Assembly: GCA_017645785.1 (NCBI GenBank)
Contig: JAGCNW010000030.1
Location: 27,045 to 91,044 of the forward strand
From: Treponema sp.
GTDB lineage: Bacteria; Spirochaetota; Spirochaetia; Treponematales; Treponemataceae
DNA length: 64,000 nt
Reading direction: 5' to 3'
In this document: positions 25,398-34,035 of the stretch, in pieces
Numbering within the stretch: the stretch's first letter is position 1
Layout of the letters: every line of letters begins with the position of its first letter
Translations under genes and position numbers: made by a program
The notes under the pieces: model-generated
Databases searched by the model: none
What the model was told of the DNA's origin: nothing
The model's input: the letters and a program-made list of their open reading frames with translations, nothing else

Positions 25398-25754
25398 ATG
25401 GGATTAATAGGAAAGCCCTCAAGGGTGTTCAAGAACTCTAACGGCGATTGGTGCTTCGAGGTGCTCTACAAGAATTGCGGCGAGAAAAAAATCAAAAGTA
25501 TGTTCTTCTCAGGCGACGCGTCAGCCACAAGCGTCATCGAGTCCGCTATGAAGCGTGGTTTGTATGTCAATGTGAACGCGTTTCGTTTTGACTTAATACA
25601 TATTGACGGAAAGAAAATATATAGCGTTAGTGGGATAAAGCAACTGCGCAAAATAGAAGTTGACAAGGATTTATGGGTTGACGGAATGACGGCGACGCAC
25701 GTGGGAAAAGGCGTCTATCAAGTGAGATTGCAAGGAGGAAGCGTATGTCGATAG
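25398..25754 (+). CDS. Paralog-family protein (118 aa)
   Basis: MGLIGKPSRVF...VDKDLWVDGMTATHVGKGVYQVRL, similar to the 25745 ORF. Confidence 0.55.
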   Translation: MGLIGKPSRVFKNSNGDWCFEVLYKNCGEKKIKSMFFSGDASATSVIESAMKRGLYVNVNAFRFDLIHIDGKKIYSVSGIKQLRKIEVDKDLWVDGMTATHVGKGVYQVRLQGGSVCR

Positions 25755-26080
25755 TCGGAAAGCCGGCGAGGCTTTATGTCAAACACGGAGAGTTGATGTT
25801 GGACTTGCTCTTCAAGTGGTTTGGCGACAACAAGGTTTATTGCCAACGATACGAAGTGCCGACAAACAACATCGCCTCGCAAATCGAGCGGGCGATTAAG
25901 TCGGGCGATTACTTGGAAGTATGGGAGTCTATTGATGAGGATGTGAAAGAAGATTGCTCAACCGTTCTCACGGCTAGGCAAGTCGTCGAGCGACCCTTGA
26001 AAACCGTTGACAAAGATTTGAGGATTTCGGGAATTTCCGCGCTTAAAGAAAAGGGCGGAGTTTACAAGGTTTACTTGTAA
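25745..26080 (+). CDS. Paralog-family protein (111 aa)
   Basis: MSIVGKPARLY...VDKDLRISGISALKEKGGVYKVYL. Confidence 0.55.
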   Translation: MSIVGKPARLYVKHGELMLDLLFKWFGDNKVYCQRYEVPTNNIASQIERAIKSGDYLEVWESIDEDVKEDCSTVLTARQVVERPLKTVDKDLRISGISALKEKGGVYKVYL

Positions 26081-26090
26081 GGGGTGTGTT

Positions 26091-26411
26091 GTGATGTATG
26101 TAGGAGTGTGCTTGAAGCATAAAATAGAAGGCGACGGCTTGGCGAGTTTTGATTTTCTGAGCAAGGCTTCGAGAAGCGAAACTCCAGAAATACGGCACTT
26201 GACGTTCGTGAGAGGGGTCGGCGACCTTTCCTTGGCTGACTTCATTAAATGGTGCGAGAAGTCGGAGCAGAATGGAGACTACCTTCAAATATTCACGGAT
26301 TTAGGCAGGGTCGTCTCACTTAGGTTTCACTACAAATATGATGTTGACAAAGATTGGAGAGTGACGCCTTTCGTCACTCTCAGCAACGGCAAGGGAAAAT
26401 TCTTTATCTAG
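26091..26411 (+). CDS. Paralog-family protein (106 aa)
   Basis: VGVCLKHKIEGDGLASFDF...SNGKGKFFI. Followed by an 11-codon remnant MLGNPTPACIK at 26421-26456. Confidence 0.55.
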   Translation: MMYVGVCLKHKIEGDGLASFDFLSKASRSETPEIRHLTFVRGVGDLSLADFIKWCEKSEQNGDYLQIFTDLGRVVSLRFHYKYDVDKDWRVTPFVTLSNGKGKFFI

Positions 26412-26474
26412 GAGAAAGGTATGTTAGGAAATCCAACGCCGGCGTGTATAAAGTAAGTTTCTAAGGAGGTTGTT

Positions 26475-27386
26475 ATGTTGGTGAAAATTACAGAGCAAGA
26501 GCTTATGAGAGCGGGAACGAACAAACTGTCGTTCGACATTGGACGCACCGTTATGGCGGCGGCTGCGGGAAGGCTGAACGCGCTTTTTTGGGGAGCGATA
26601 GGAACGCCAAAGTATTACTTGGCGAACTTAATCCACGAACTACAGCCGCCTTTGGGCGCTTGCCAACCCCGCTTTGACGAGGGTTCCTACGAAGGCGTTC
26701 CGATTAGGAATCCGCACGCGTCGATAACGCTTGAGGGAATGTTCGGCGGAGGCGAGAACCTTTGTTACGGAGAAGTGACAAGGGCGCACAACGGAGTCCT
26801 ATTGTTAAGCGAAGCCCCTGAGTTCAAGTCGAGCGTTCTTCAAATGCTCTCCGTAGTTATGAACGGCCACAATGTCACTTTAAGCAGAGCGGGACGCGAC
26901 GCGACATACCCCGCCGACTTTCAGTTGGTTATGACCGCGAACAGTTGTCCGTGCGGAGGCTACGGAAACAAGGAGAGAGTGTGTTTATGCTCGGCCCGCT
27001 CAATCAAACAGTATTGGAAGAAGATGAAGAATGTGGCTCAGAAATGCCAATTCGTCATAGACTGCGACATCTTCGGCCAAGACCAAGCGTTCAACTTCGA
27101 CATTGAGCAGATGATGCACGAGATTGACAATGCTATAGCGTTCGACACCGAAAACTCAAGGGAAGAAACTTCTGATTGGGACAGTTTCGAGAACGCGGAG
27201 AACAGAGACTGCTTGGACAAGTTGCAAAGGGAGAAAAACTGGAGCGACAAACGACTGCATTGCGTATGGAAAGCCGCTAGGTGGCTCGCGAACCTTGACC
27301 GCTCCGTGTTTGTCAAACTCCGCCACATTGAGGAGGCGGCTATGTATCAGCCGCCTGTGGTGAACGAGGATTTATTGGAGGCGTGA
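26475..27386 (+). CDS. Mg-chelatase / YifB / ComM-like AAA+ protein with degenerate Walker motifs
   Basis: GEVTRAHNGVLLLSEAPEF and VTLSRAGRDATYPADFQLVMTANSCPCGGYG align by eye to the ComM core. Walker A reads GAIGTPKY and Walker B reads LLLSE. Confidence 0.55.
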   Translation: MLVKITEQELMRAGTNKLSFDIGRTVMAAAAGRLNALFWGAIGTPKYYLANLIHELQPPLGACQPRFDEGSYEGVPIRNPHASITLEGMFGGGENLCYGEVTRAHNGVLLLSEAPEFKSSVLQMLSVVMNGHNVTLSRAGRDATYPADFQLVMTANSCPCGGYGNKERVCLCSARSIKQYWKKMKNVAQKCQFVIDCDIFGQDQAFNFDIEQMMHEIDNAIAFDTENSREETSDWDSFENAENRDCLDKLQREKNWSDKRLHCVWKAARWLANLDRSVFVKLRHIEEAAMYQPPVVNEDLLEA

Positions 27387-27559
27387 TGAAAGTCAAGATA
27401 ACGGAGCGCGGCATTGAGCGTGTTGACGAAAACCGTTTCCCCAAAAAAGTGACGGTTACTCACACGGACTCATTTGGAACAAAAGTGACTTATAGTTGGA
27501 ATTTGCCGGAAGACATTCAAAGTTATCTGGCGGATTGTGCATTTCGTTACATAAATTAA
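27386..27559 (+). CDS. Small hypothetical protein (57 aa)
   Basis: Own translation: MKVKITERGIERVDENRF... Overlaps the upstream stop. Confidence 0.35.
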   Translation: MKVKITERGIERVDENRFPKKVTVTHTDSFGTKVTYSWNLPEDIQSYLADCAFRYIN

Positions 27560-27571
27560 GGAGGTGTTTTT

Positions 27572-27997
27572 ATGTTGAACGAAGAGATTTTCAAGGTTGC
27601 GGCGGCTGAATACGCCGCGAAGAAGTCGGGCGACGCGAAAATCCGCAAGATGTTGGAGGACGCGTATATGGAGGGTGTGGGCACGATGTCGCGCCTCAAG
27701 ACCTGCTACAAAAAAAGAACTCCCGAAGAGCTGGACAAGCGCGTTAAGCTGCCCAAGGCGAAAAGGGAAGAATTGGTGAGCCTTCGCAAAAAAATGGGCT
27801 ACACTTACGAAACCTTGGCCCAAATGTTCGGGATATCAAACACCTACGCCCAAGCGCTGTGCAAGCCCGACCTGATGAGGCTTATAAAGCACAACGCCGC
27901 GTTGAAACATAAGAGCGAAAGCAAAGAATACAAAAAGGCAATAAAACAGCGCTTTTTAGCTCGAAGGGCGGAGTATGCCATCAAAGGGTTGATATAA
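27572..27997 (+). CDS. Hypothetical protein with HTH-like segment
   Basis: ORF track. AAGGAGG upstream. Contains YTYETLAQMFGISNTYAQAL. Confidence 0.55.
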   Translation: MLNEEIFKVAAAEYAAKKSGDAKIRKMLEDAYMEGVGTMSRLKTCYKKRTPEELDKRVKLPKAKREELVSLRKKMGYTYETLAQMFGISNTYAQALCKPDLMRLIKHNAALKHKSESKEYKKAIKQRFLARRAEYAIKGLI

Positions 27998-28007
27998 GGG
28001 GGTGTTA

Positions 28008-28286
28008 ATGAATTGTATGAACAGCGTTGTGGTCGAGGGCAAAGTCACAAGGGGCTTTGACGAGGACGGAGTTTTTGAGTTCCAAGCGACTTGCTTGGTC
28101 AAGGACTCCACGGGAGATTTGGTGAGTGAGGAAGTCACGAACATTCAGTGCTTCGTGCCGAACAACTTGCGCTCCAACGCGGAGAAGGAGTTGAAGTTGT
28201 GGCGCGTGGTTAGGGTGGTCGGTCGGCTCGCCACGCTCAATGGCAAGTTGGGCTTAACGGCAGAGATGATAGAGTTCGCCCGCTAA
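28008..28286 (+). CDS. Short OB-fold SSB-like protein (tentative)
   Basis: NSVVVEGKVTRG...WRVVRVVGRLA pattern. Start at ATG 28008 after AAGGGGG. Confidence 0.4.
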   Translation: MNCMNSVVVEGKVTRGFDEDGVFEFQATCLVKDSTGDLVSEEVTNIQCFVPNNLRSNAEKELKLWRVVRVVGRLATLNGKLGLTAEMIEFAR

Positions 28287-28306
28287 GGGCAAGGAGAAGT
28301 AGGAAT

Positions 28307-28417
28307 ATGAGCGGTTTAATTTTATGTCCTGTTTGCGGCAGATGTTTGGCTGGAAGTTACTGTCCGTGGTGTCACAATCAGTATTTCAAAATTGGAATTA
28401 AGAAGTCTGCTAACTGA
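28307..28417 (+). CDS. 36-aa zinc-ribbon-like peptide
   Basis: MSGLILCPVCGRCLAGSYCPWCHNQYF. Its initiation region is nearly identical to that at 29160-29185. Confidence 0.35.
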   Translation: MSGLILCPVCGRCLAGSYCPWCHNQYFKIGIKKSAN

Positions 28418-28512
28418 GGCGGGGCTTAGGTATGTGAACGGTTTCTGCGGAGCAAGCAGATAAAGAAACAAAGGCGCGCCCGCCCGCTTAAAGGCGAGGC
28501 AAGGAGAAAACT

Positions 28513-28899
28513 ATGGAAGTCGTTTATAAAATAGGAAGTAAAACTTTTTACGACAAAGAGGAAGCTAAAATCTACGAGGGCCTTCCTTGGGAGAAAACCG
28601 AAATACTCGTCAAGGAAGAAGTGAAGTTGATTCCGCCGTCAAAGTTGAAGGACGTTTTTGATTGCGACAAAAGCGTGACAAATATGTTTTTCTACATCCG
28701 CGATAAAGAATACGGAAGCGTCGAAGAAGACGGCGGTTATGAAACAAACGGCCTTGACGAGACAGGGCATTTGCATTGCACAGACTTGAGCCACGGCTTG
28801 CTGGAATGGAGCGAAAAGGAACAGACATACTACAGGATTGTTCACGGCCGCTCGTGGAAAGTTGAGCTGCTCGGGATTTCCGATGTGTCGTATTGGTAA
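28513..28899 (+). CDS. Hypothetical protein (128 aa)
   Basis: ORF track. AAGGAGAAAAC upstream. Confidence 0.55.
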   Translation: MEVVYKIGSKTFYDKEEAKIYEGLPWEKTEILVKEEVKLIPPSKLKDVFDCDKSVTNMFFYIRDKEYGSVEEDGGYETNGLDETGHLHCTDLSHGLLEWSEKEQTYYRIVHGRSWKVELLGISDVSYW

Positions 28900-28970
28900 T
28901 TGGGAACTGTCAAAGAAGAAGTGTCGGAAGATTAGTTTAATTAAAGAAGGCTTATGCCAAGGAGGTTGTT

Positions 28971-29159
28971 ATGTCAGAGAAATCATCAATCGTGTTTGTC
29001 GGGGCGTTTTCTGAGGAAGATTGCGCCAAAGGCAAAGACAAAAAGGCGGTGGCGAAGGCTCAGAAAAAAACTGGCCTTAAATACGTGATGTCCAAGTATA
29101 TGCTCAAGCGGCTTTATGTTTGGGTGTGCGAGACTTACGAAGATACTTTGTCGTTGTAA
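28971..29159 (+). CDS. Small hypothetical protein (62 aa)
   Basis: ORF track. AAGGAGG upstream. Confidence 0.45.
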   Translation: MSEKSSIVFVGAFSEEDCAKGKDKKAVAKAQKKTGLKYVMSKYMLKRLYVWVCETYEDTLSL

Positions 29160-29178
29160 GTTAAGGAGGAGTAGGAAT

Positions 29179-29367
29179 ATGAGTGGTATGACTATCGAGT
29201 TGGTTGCGAAACGGCTTTGGGACGGGCTTGACTGCGACGAAGCCAAGTTGAAGCGGACGGTCGAACGGCTTGACGAGATTATGAAGCGGGAAGGCTGGAC
29301 GATTGAGCAATTAGACGACTTTTGTTGGGAAGATTCCAATAAGGTTTTTGGAATGATATTCGGTTAG
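29179..29367 (+). CDS. Small hypothetical protein (62 aa)
   Basis: Track frame. Start at MSGMT after AAGGAGGAGTAGGAAT. Confidence 0.45.
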   Translation: MSGMTIELVAKRLWDGLDCDEAKLKRTVERLDEIMKREGWTIEQLDDFCWEDSNKVFGMIFG

Positions 29368-29571
29368 GGGGCGTGATATGACGGCGAATGACATCATCAA
29401 CGATTTTGAGCGGAAGGAACTCATCGAATGGGCTGTGGAGCAGTTCGAGATAATGAAACACTGCGACTACACTTAAAAGAAGGAAGGCGACAAGGACAAG
29501 TGCCGCGAAATGATAGCCTTGCTTAAAAGCCTTGACAACTGAACGGAAGAGCGTGAAAATAGGGGGTAAGT

Positions 29572-29763
29572 ATGGATTTCACGAGTTGGGAAAATGACGA
29601 GGAGCGGTTCACGGCTTACTTTTGGAGGCACTACGCTCCAATTCTGAACAAGTTGGCCGATTGCCCTTACGACAAGGTGGAGTTGACCGCCAAGGACAAG
29701 ATGTTGATTCCGAAAATGCGGGACGACTTGTTGACTATCTTTAGGGAGGCGAAGTGCAAATAA
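29572..29763 (+). CDS. Small hypothetical protein (63 aa)
   Basis: ORF track. Confidence 0.45.
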   Translation: MDFTSWENDEERFTAYFWRHYAPILNKLADCPYDKVELTAKDKMLIPKMRDDLLTIFREAKCK

Positions 29764-30167
29764 ACAAGACGGCTGACTTGGCCATCCTTCTGTTCGACAG
29801 ATACGCGAAGGCTAGGTCGGAGTATATGCGGGCGGTGTTCCTAGATGAAGAGCGGAACGTCATTTGCAAAAGGATACTTGGTCACGGAGACAAGGAAACT
29901 GTGAACTTCTATCCGAGCCAAGCGGTAGCGGCGGCGTTAAAAGCGAAAGCGTCTTACGCTGTGCTGACGCACAACCACCCAAGCGGGATTATGGCTCCGA
30001 GCGACTTGGACATCAAGCTTACGAAGATAATGGACAGGGAGTTCAGGAGCGCAGGGGTCGAGCTTTACGACCATATAATTATGATGCCTTACGGCGGCTG
30101 GTTCTCGTTCAAGGACGAGGGCGTTATGCCGAAGCGCGTAAGGTTGAGAAAAAAGGGGGCGAAATGA
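29754..30167 (+). CDS. RadC-like JAB/MPN domain protein
   Basis: VLTHNHPSGIMAPSDLDIKLT is a JAMM-like HxHPxG...S..D motif. GTG start after AGGGAGG. Confidence 0.65.
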   Translation: MQINKTADLAILLFDRYAKARSEYMRAVFLDEERNVICKRILGHGDKETVNFYPSQAVAAALKAKASYAVLTHNHPSGIMAPSDLDIKLTKIMDREFRSAGVELYDHIIMMPYGGWFSFKDEGVMPKRVRLRKKGAK

Positions 30168-30253
30168 AGGTTGTTAAAATTATTGCCATAGCGCTAGTTG
30201 TTCTGCTCGCGTTGTGGCTCGCAAGGTTGGGTTTGTCGTATTTGATATTGTGA
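30164..30253 (+). CDS. 29-aa membrane peptide
   Basis: MKVVKIIAIALVVLLALWLARLGLSYLIL. ATGA-coupled, with a terminator following. Confidence 0.3.
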   Translation: MKVVKIIAIALVVLLALWLARLGLSYLIL

Positions 30254-30258
30254 CGGAT

Positions 30259-30287
30259 GGCGTTGGATAATTCCAACGCCTTTTTTA
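30259..30287 (+). terminator. Rho-independent terminator
   Basis: GGCGTTGGA-taat-TCCAACGCC followed by TTTTTTATTGCC. Confidence 0.7.
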
Positions 30288-30303
30288 TTGCCAAGGAGGA
30301 GTT

Positions 30304-30516
30304 ATGTTCTTGACGAGCAGAAGGGACGCCGACGGCGAGACTGAGATTATGGCCTTTCATGGAAGGTGCGATATATTTCCCGTGGAAATCAAGGCTGATT
30401 GGGACGACGCCAACGCGGTTTGCGACCGCTACGGAGCGCCGAAAGGAATGTCGCTTACGGGCCGAATAACTTGGCTTCTTACGGGAAGAAAAGTATTGAC
30501 CAAAGGGGCGAATTGA
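30304..30516 (+). CDS. Small hypothetical protein (70 aa)
   Basis: ORF track. AAGGAGGAG upstream. Confidence 0.45.
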   Translation: MFLTSRRDADGETEIMAFHGRCDIFPVEIKADWDDANAVCDRYGAPKGMSLTGRITWLLTGRKVLTKGAN

Positions 30517-30562
30517 AGCATTATTGTAGAGCCGCCGAAGGGAAAGGCGGCAAGGAGCGTTT

Positions 30563-30913
30563 ATGATTAGAGAGTTCAAAAAAGGCGGCTTGGACGAGCC
30601 GAGAGACATCAATTCAGTTATTATCAGCGGAAGGGTTATGTATGAGCCGACTCCCGCCGACTATACGGTGACGGAGAAGAACGGAGCGCGCTTCAACCTG
30701 AAGATTAGGACTGACGGAGTTTCTAAGACCCCGCAGGTGTTCAGAATCGTGGTTTGGGGCAAGCGGGCGACCGAATACTATCCCGTTTGCAAGAAAGGCG
30801 ACTACATTCTAGTCCAAGGCAGCCTAAGAAAGAACAACTGGGTTGACGACAAAGACATCATTCACGACGAGGCGGAGATTGACGCCTCGAAGGTCTCTAT
30901 GCTGGGGGTGTGA
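30563..30913 (+). CDS. SSB-like OB-fold protein lacking the acidic C-terminal tip
   Basis: INSVIISGRV, FRIVVWGKRA and GDYILVQGSLRKNNW. Confidence 0.5.
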   Translation: MIREFKKGGLDEPRDINSVIISGRVMYEPTPADYTVTEKNGARFNLKIRTDGVSKTPQVFRIVVWGKRATEYYPVCKKGDYILVQGSLRKNNWVDDKDIIHDEAEIDASKVSMLGV

Positions 30914-30914
30914 T

Positions 30915-31742
30915 ATGAGCGAGAAAGAAAAAAGCGTTCCGTTTACGGACGCGCAGAAAATGCTTATGGAGGCTCCCGCTGACGATTGGTTCACTCGTTG
31001 CAAGAAAGATTTCTTTCTTAAAGTCGGGCGGGATATGGTTTGCTCGGAACATCAAGAGTTGCATAAAAGGTTGTTGTCGCTAGACCCGCAGGATTGGCAC
31101 GAGTTGAACGCGGTGAAAGCCATATTCAACAATGGTCAATGGCTGGACAAAGACGCTACAGAGGCGATGATTATGCTATTGACCACGATGTATAACAATC
31201 CAAACTCTATTTCAAAGAAAACAAGGGATGGTGTGCAAAGTGAAGCTCACGCAACACTTTTTTTCGTAGTGTTAGGAGTGTTCTTTTCTATTGTAGCTCT
31301 ATGTTGCTTAAATAGAGATATAAGGATTGTTTTTGGAGTGTGTTATCTCACTGCATTTCCTGTTATGTTAGCCGTCCACGGAGGAGTGTCTTTTTTTCTC
31401 GGTTTATTGATTTATAATGCGTTTTTTGACCAAGATATAGTAAAGGAGCGTGGTTTCAATGATAGCGCGTATAACGACAAAATATTGTTTGAGTATAAAC
31501 ACGGGTTTAAATTCAAAGAAAATGTCTGTAAAAACATTCTCTTCCCCTTTTTTGATATCGAAGATTATGTGTCAAAAAACAAGGAAAAATTCTTTAATAA
31601 AAAAGACTCTATAAAAAAACTAGAAGATAAAAGTTTTAGGAAAAAAACAGGAAAATACATAAAATGGGGCGTTATAAGTATTGTTATTGTCACCATCTTA
31701 TTACTTCTTGGGCTTATAAACGCAGAAAAACCTTTACTATAA
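30915..31742 (+). CDS. Membrane protein (275 aa)
   Basis: Track frame, start at ATG 30915. Several TM segments. The C-terminal half looks markedly AT-rich and Lys-rich. Confidence 0.55.
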   Translation: MSEKEKSVPFTDAQKMLMEAPADDWFTRCKKDFFLKVGRDMVCSEHQELHKRLLSLDPQDWHELNAVKAIFNNGQWLDKDATEAMIMLLTTMYNNPNSISKKTRDGVQSEAHATLFFVVLGVFFSIVALCCLNRDIRIVFGVCYLTAFPVMLAVHGGVSFFLGLLIYNAFFDQDIVKERGFNDSAYNDKILFEYKHGFKFKENVCKNILFPFFDIEDYVSKNKEKFFNKKDSIKKLEDKSFRKKTGKYIKWGVISIVIVTILLLLGLINAEKPLL

Positions 31743-31765
31743 CAATAACACAACAAATGTATAGA

Positions 31766-31793
31766 AGCGGAGCGTAAAAAACTCCGCTTTTTC
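31766..31793 (+). terminator. Rho-independent terminator
   Basis: AGCGGAG-cgtaaaaaa-CTCCGCT followed by TTTTC. Confidence 0.6.
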
Positions 31794-31805
31794 TATGCTT
31801 TTTAA

Positions 31806-31834
31806 TTGACAGAATGTAACAGAATGTATACAAT
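31806..31834 (+). promoter_or_regulatory. sigma70-like promoter TTGACA-17-TACAAT
   Basis: Read directly. GTAACAgaATGTATACA overlaps the spacer and the -10 element. Confidence 0.6.
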
Positions 31835-31867
31835 ATGAATACAATGTGTTACAGAAAGGAGAAAATT

Positions 31868-32437
31868 ATGGAAGCGTTGAAAAACATTCAGGCAAAGCTG
31901 AAAGTTCCGAAGAATCTTATCAACTCATTCGGAAATTACAAATACCGAAACGCGGAGGCGATTTTGGAGGCGGTTAAGCCCTTGTTGACGGAGAACGGCG
32001 CCGAGTTGTTCTTGACTGACGACATTGTTGCGGTCGGCGACAGGGTTTACGTCAAGGCTACGGCAACGCTAAGAACTGACACGGAAAGCGTGTCAGCGGT
32101 CGGCTTTGCAAGGGAGCCTTTAGAAAAGAAGGGTTCGGACGCCTCGCAAATCACGGGAGCGGCCAGTTCTTACGCTAGAAAATACGCCTTGAACGGCTTG
32201 TTCCTTATCGATGACGCGAAGGACGCCGATTCGGACGAAAACCGAACTGAAGCCGACGCCCGTGAGAAGGCCGCGGCTGACGGCGAGTTGAAGGAACTTG
32301 CCTTGACGATTGAAGGCTACGAAACAAACGGGCTTATTCCTAAAGAATGGAAGCCCAAGGTTGACCTTTACATCAAGAACAAGGACATCAAAGGCTTGAA
32401 AGGGGTAATCGACTACTGCAAGAAGCAGTCGGCTTAG
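31868..32437 (+). CDS. erf: ERF-family single-strand annealing recombinase
   Basis: FGNYKYRNAEAILEAVKPLL and GAASSYARKYALNGLFLIDD. Start at ATG 31868 (AAAGGAG upstream). Confidence 0.7.
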   Translation: MEALKNIQAKLKVPKNLINSFGNYKYRNAEAILEAVKPLLTENGAELFLTDDIVAVGDRVYVKATATLRTDTESVSAVGFAREPLEKKGSDASQITGAASSYARKYALNGLFLIDDAKDADSDENRTEADAREKAAADGELKELALTIEGYETNGLIPKEWKPKVDLYIKNKDIKGLKGVIDYCKKQSA

Positions 32438-32476
32438 TCATAGCGGCGGGCTAGTCCCGCCAAAAGGGAGGTTTAT

Positions 32477-33364
32477 ATGCAGATAACAAACAAAATGGGG
32501 TTGCCGCAGACGCTTGTGAACGCCTGCGAGACGGAAAAGCACAACAAGCCGGGCGAGATTTCGGCGACGACTTTGCTGAAAGGAGCCAAAGCGGTGGTTT
32601 TGACCGACAGGCATTGGGAAGACTTGACGGCGGACGTCACGGAATTGGCGTATTCAATCGAGGGCACGGCTTTCCATAAGTTCTTGGAGATGAAAAACCC
32701 AGACGCTTTCACGGAAGAGCGGTTCTCCGTTCAAATCCAAGACAAGGTTGTGACGGGCCAAGTTGACCTTTACGATATGGAGAACGGAATCATATTTGAT
32801 TACAAACGAACGAGCGTGTGGAAAAGCGTCTACAAGAACTACGAGGATTGGCGCAAACAAGGCCTTATCTATGCCTACTTGATGAGGCAAAACGGCTTGA
32901 CCGTGAACAAGTGCGTGTTCGTAATGTTGTTCCGAGATTGGTCTAAAACAGAATCCTTAAAGAACGCGGACTATCCGAAGGCTCCAATTCAAACAGTGGA
33001 GTTTGACGTCACCGACGAAGCTTTGGAGGAAATTGAGGCCTACATTCGCCAAAAGGTCGCTGAAATCTCAAAGGCGGAGACAATGGCCGACGACGAGATT
33101 GAACCTTGCTCAGAAGAAGAAAGATGGGCGCGGCCCACAATCTACGCGGTTATGAAAAAGGGTCGCAAGACCGCCGTGAACGCCAAGTTGACGAACAAGG
33201 CGGAAGCCGAGGCTATGGCGGCGACCATAGACGGCGGATATGTGGAGGAACGAAAAGGAGTGAGCGCTAAGTGCGAAGGCTACTGTAGTTGCTGCGACTT
33301 CTGCAAGTTCTATAAGGAAAATTGTCAAAATGGAGGGGAAGACAATGGAGAAAACGCGGCTTAA
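32477..33364 (+). CDS. PD-(D/E)XK (Cas4/AddB-like) exonuclease
   Basis: GQVDLYDMENGIIFDYKRTS core and a C-terminal Cys cluster CEGYCSCCDFC. Follows erf. Confidence 0.6.
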   Translation: MQITNKMGLPQTLVNACETEKHNKPGEISATTLLKGAKAVVLTDRHWEDLTADVTELAYSIEGTAFHKFLEMKNPDAFTEERFSVQIQDKVVTGQVDLYDMENGIIFDYKRTSVWKSVYKNYEDWRKQGLIYAYLMRQNGLTVNKCVFVMLFRDWSKTESLKNADYPKAPIQTVEFDVTDEALEEIEAYIRQKVAEISKAETMADDEIEPCSEEERWARPTIYAVMKKGRKTAVNAKLTNKAEAEAMAATIDGGYVEERKGVSAKCEGYCSCCDFCKFYKENCQNGGEDNGENAA

Positions 33365-33593
33365 CGAAAAGTCTATGTCACAGGAAGATTTGGTGCTCAA
33401 CTATTTGAAGGAGCACAAAAGCGGAATCACGAGTTTGCAGGCGTTGGAACGCTTTGGAATTATGCAAATGCCGAAGAGGGCCTTTACCTTGCGGAAGCGC
33501 GGCTACAACATTAAGTCCACTCCGAAAGTGGTGAAGAACCGATACGGCAAGAAGGTGAACATTGTGGTCTACACCTTGGAGGGCGCGGCTTGA
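33345..33593 (+). CDS. Winged-helix DNA-binding protein
   Basis: LVLNYLKEHKSGITSLQALERFGIMQMPKRAFTLRKRGYNI...YTL, an HTH_39-like pattern (memory). Confidence 0.5.
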   Translation: MEKTRLNEKSMSQEDLVLNYLKEHKSGITSLQALERFGIMQMPKRAFTLRKRGYNIKSTPKVVKNRYGKKVNIVVYTLEGAA

Positions 33594-33808
33594 AAGACGG
33601 TATGGACTTCAGCCGCTTGGACGTTTGCGCGTCGTGCGGAAAGAAGTGCATGACGCGCGAGCAGGCGGACGGAGTTATAAGAATGTATAAGAAGAAGTCT
33701 AGGTTCGGGGTTTGGGGGAAGATACCGACTAGGGCTTACAAATGCGGATATTGCGGCGCTTGGCACGTGACCAGCCGCAAGCGGGACGGAAAGAACAGGG
33801 GGTATTGA
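33590..33808 (+). CDS. Zinc-ribbon protein (72 aa)
   Basis: CASCGKKC...CGYCGAWH. Confidence 0.45.
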   Translation: MKDGMDFSRLDVCASCGKKCMTREQADGVIRMYKKKSRFGVWGKIPTRAYKCGYCGAWHVTSRKRDGKNRGY

Positions 33809-33809
33809 T

Positions 33810-34025
33810 ATGGACGACAAGAAGGCTATGAGATTGGTGAGAAAAATCGCCAAGTTGCAGGAAGAGTTGCTTGCAGGGCGTAAGAGCAAGGACAAATACA
33901 TAAACCTTTGCGCGTTTTACAACGAAGACGGAGAGTTGTCGGTAAGCGCGACTGTGGAAGACGGCGGAAGATTGAAAGGCGTCACCTGCGTAAACGGGGA
34001 ACTTTTGGTCAACGAATTGTTTTAA
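33810..34025 (+). CDS. Small hypothetical protein (71 aa)
   Basis: ORF track. Confidence 0.45.
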   Translation: MDDKKAMRLVRKIAKLQEELLAGRKSKDKYINLCAFYNEDGELSVSATVEDGGRLKGVTCVNGELLVNELF

Positions 34026-34035
34026 GGGGGAAATT

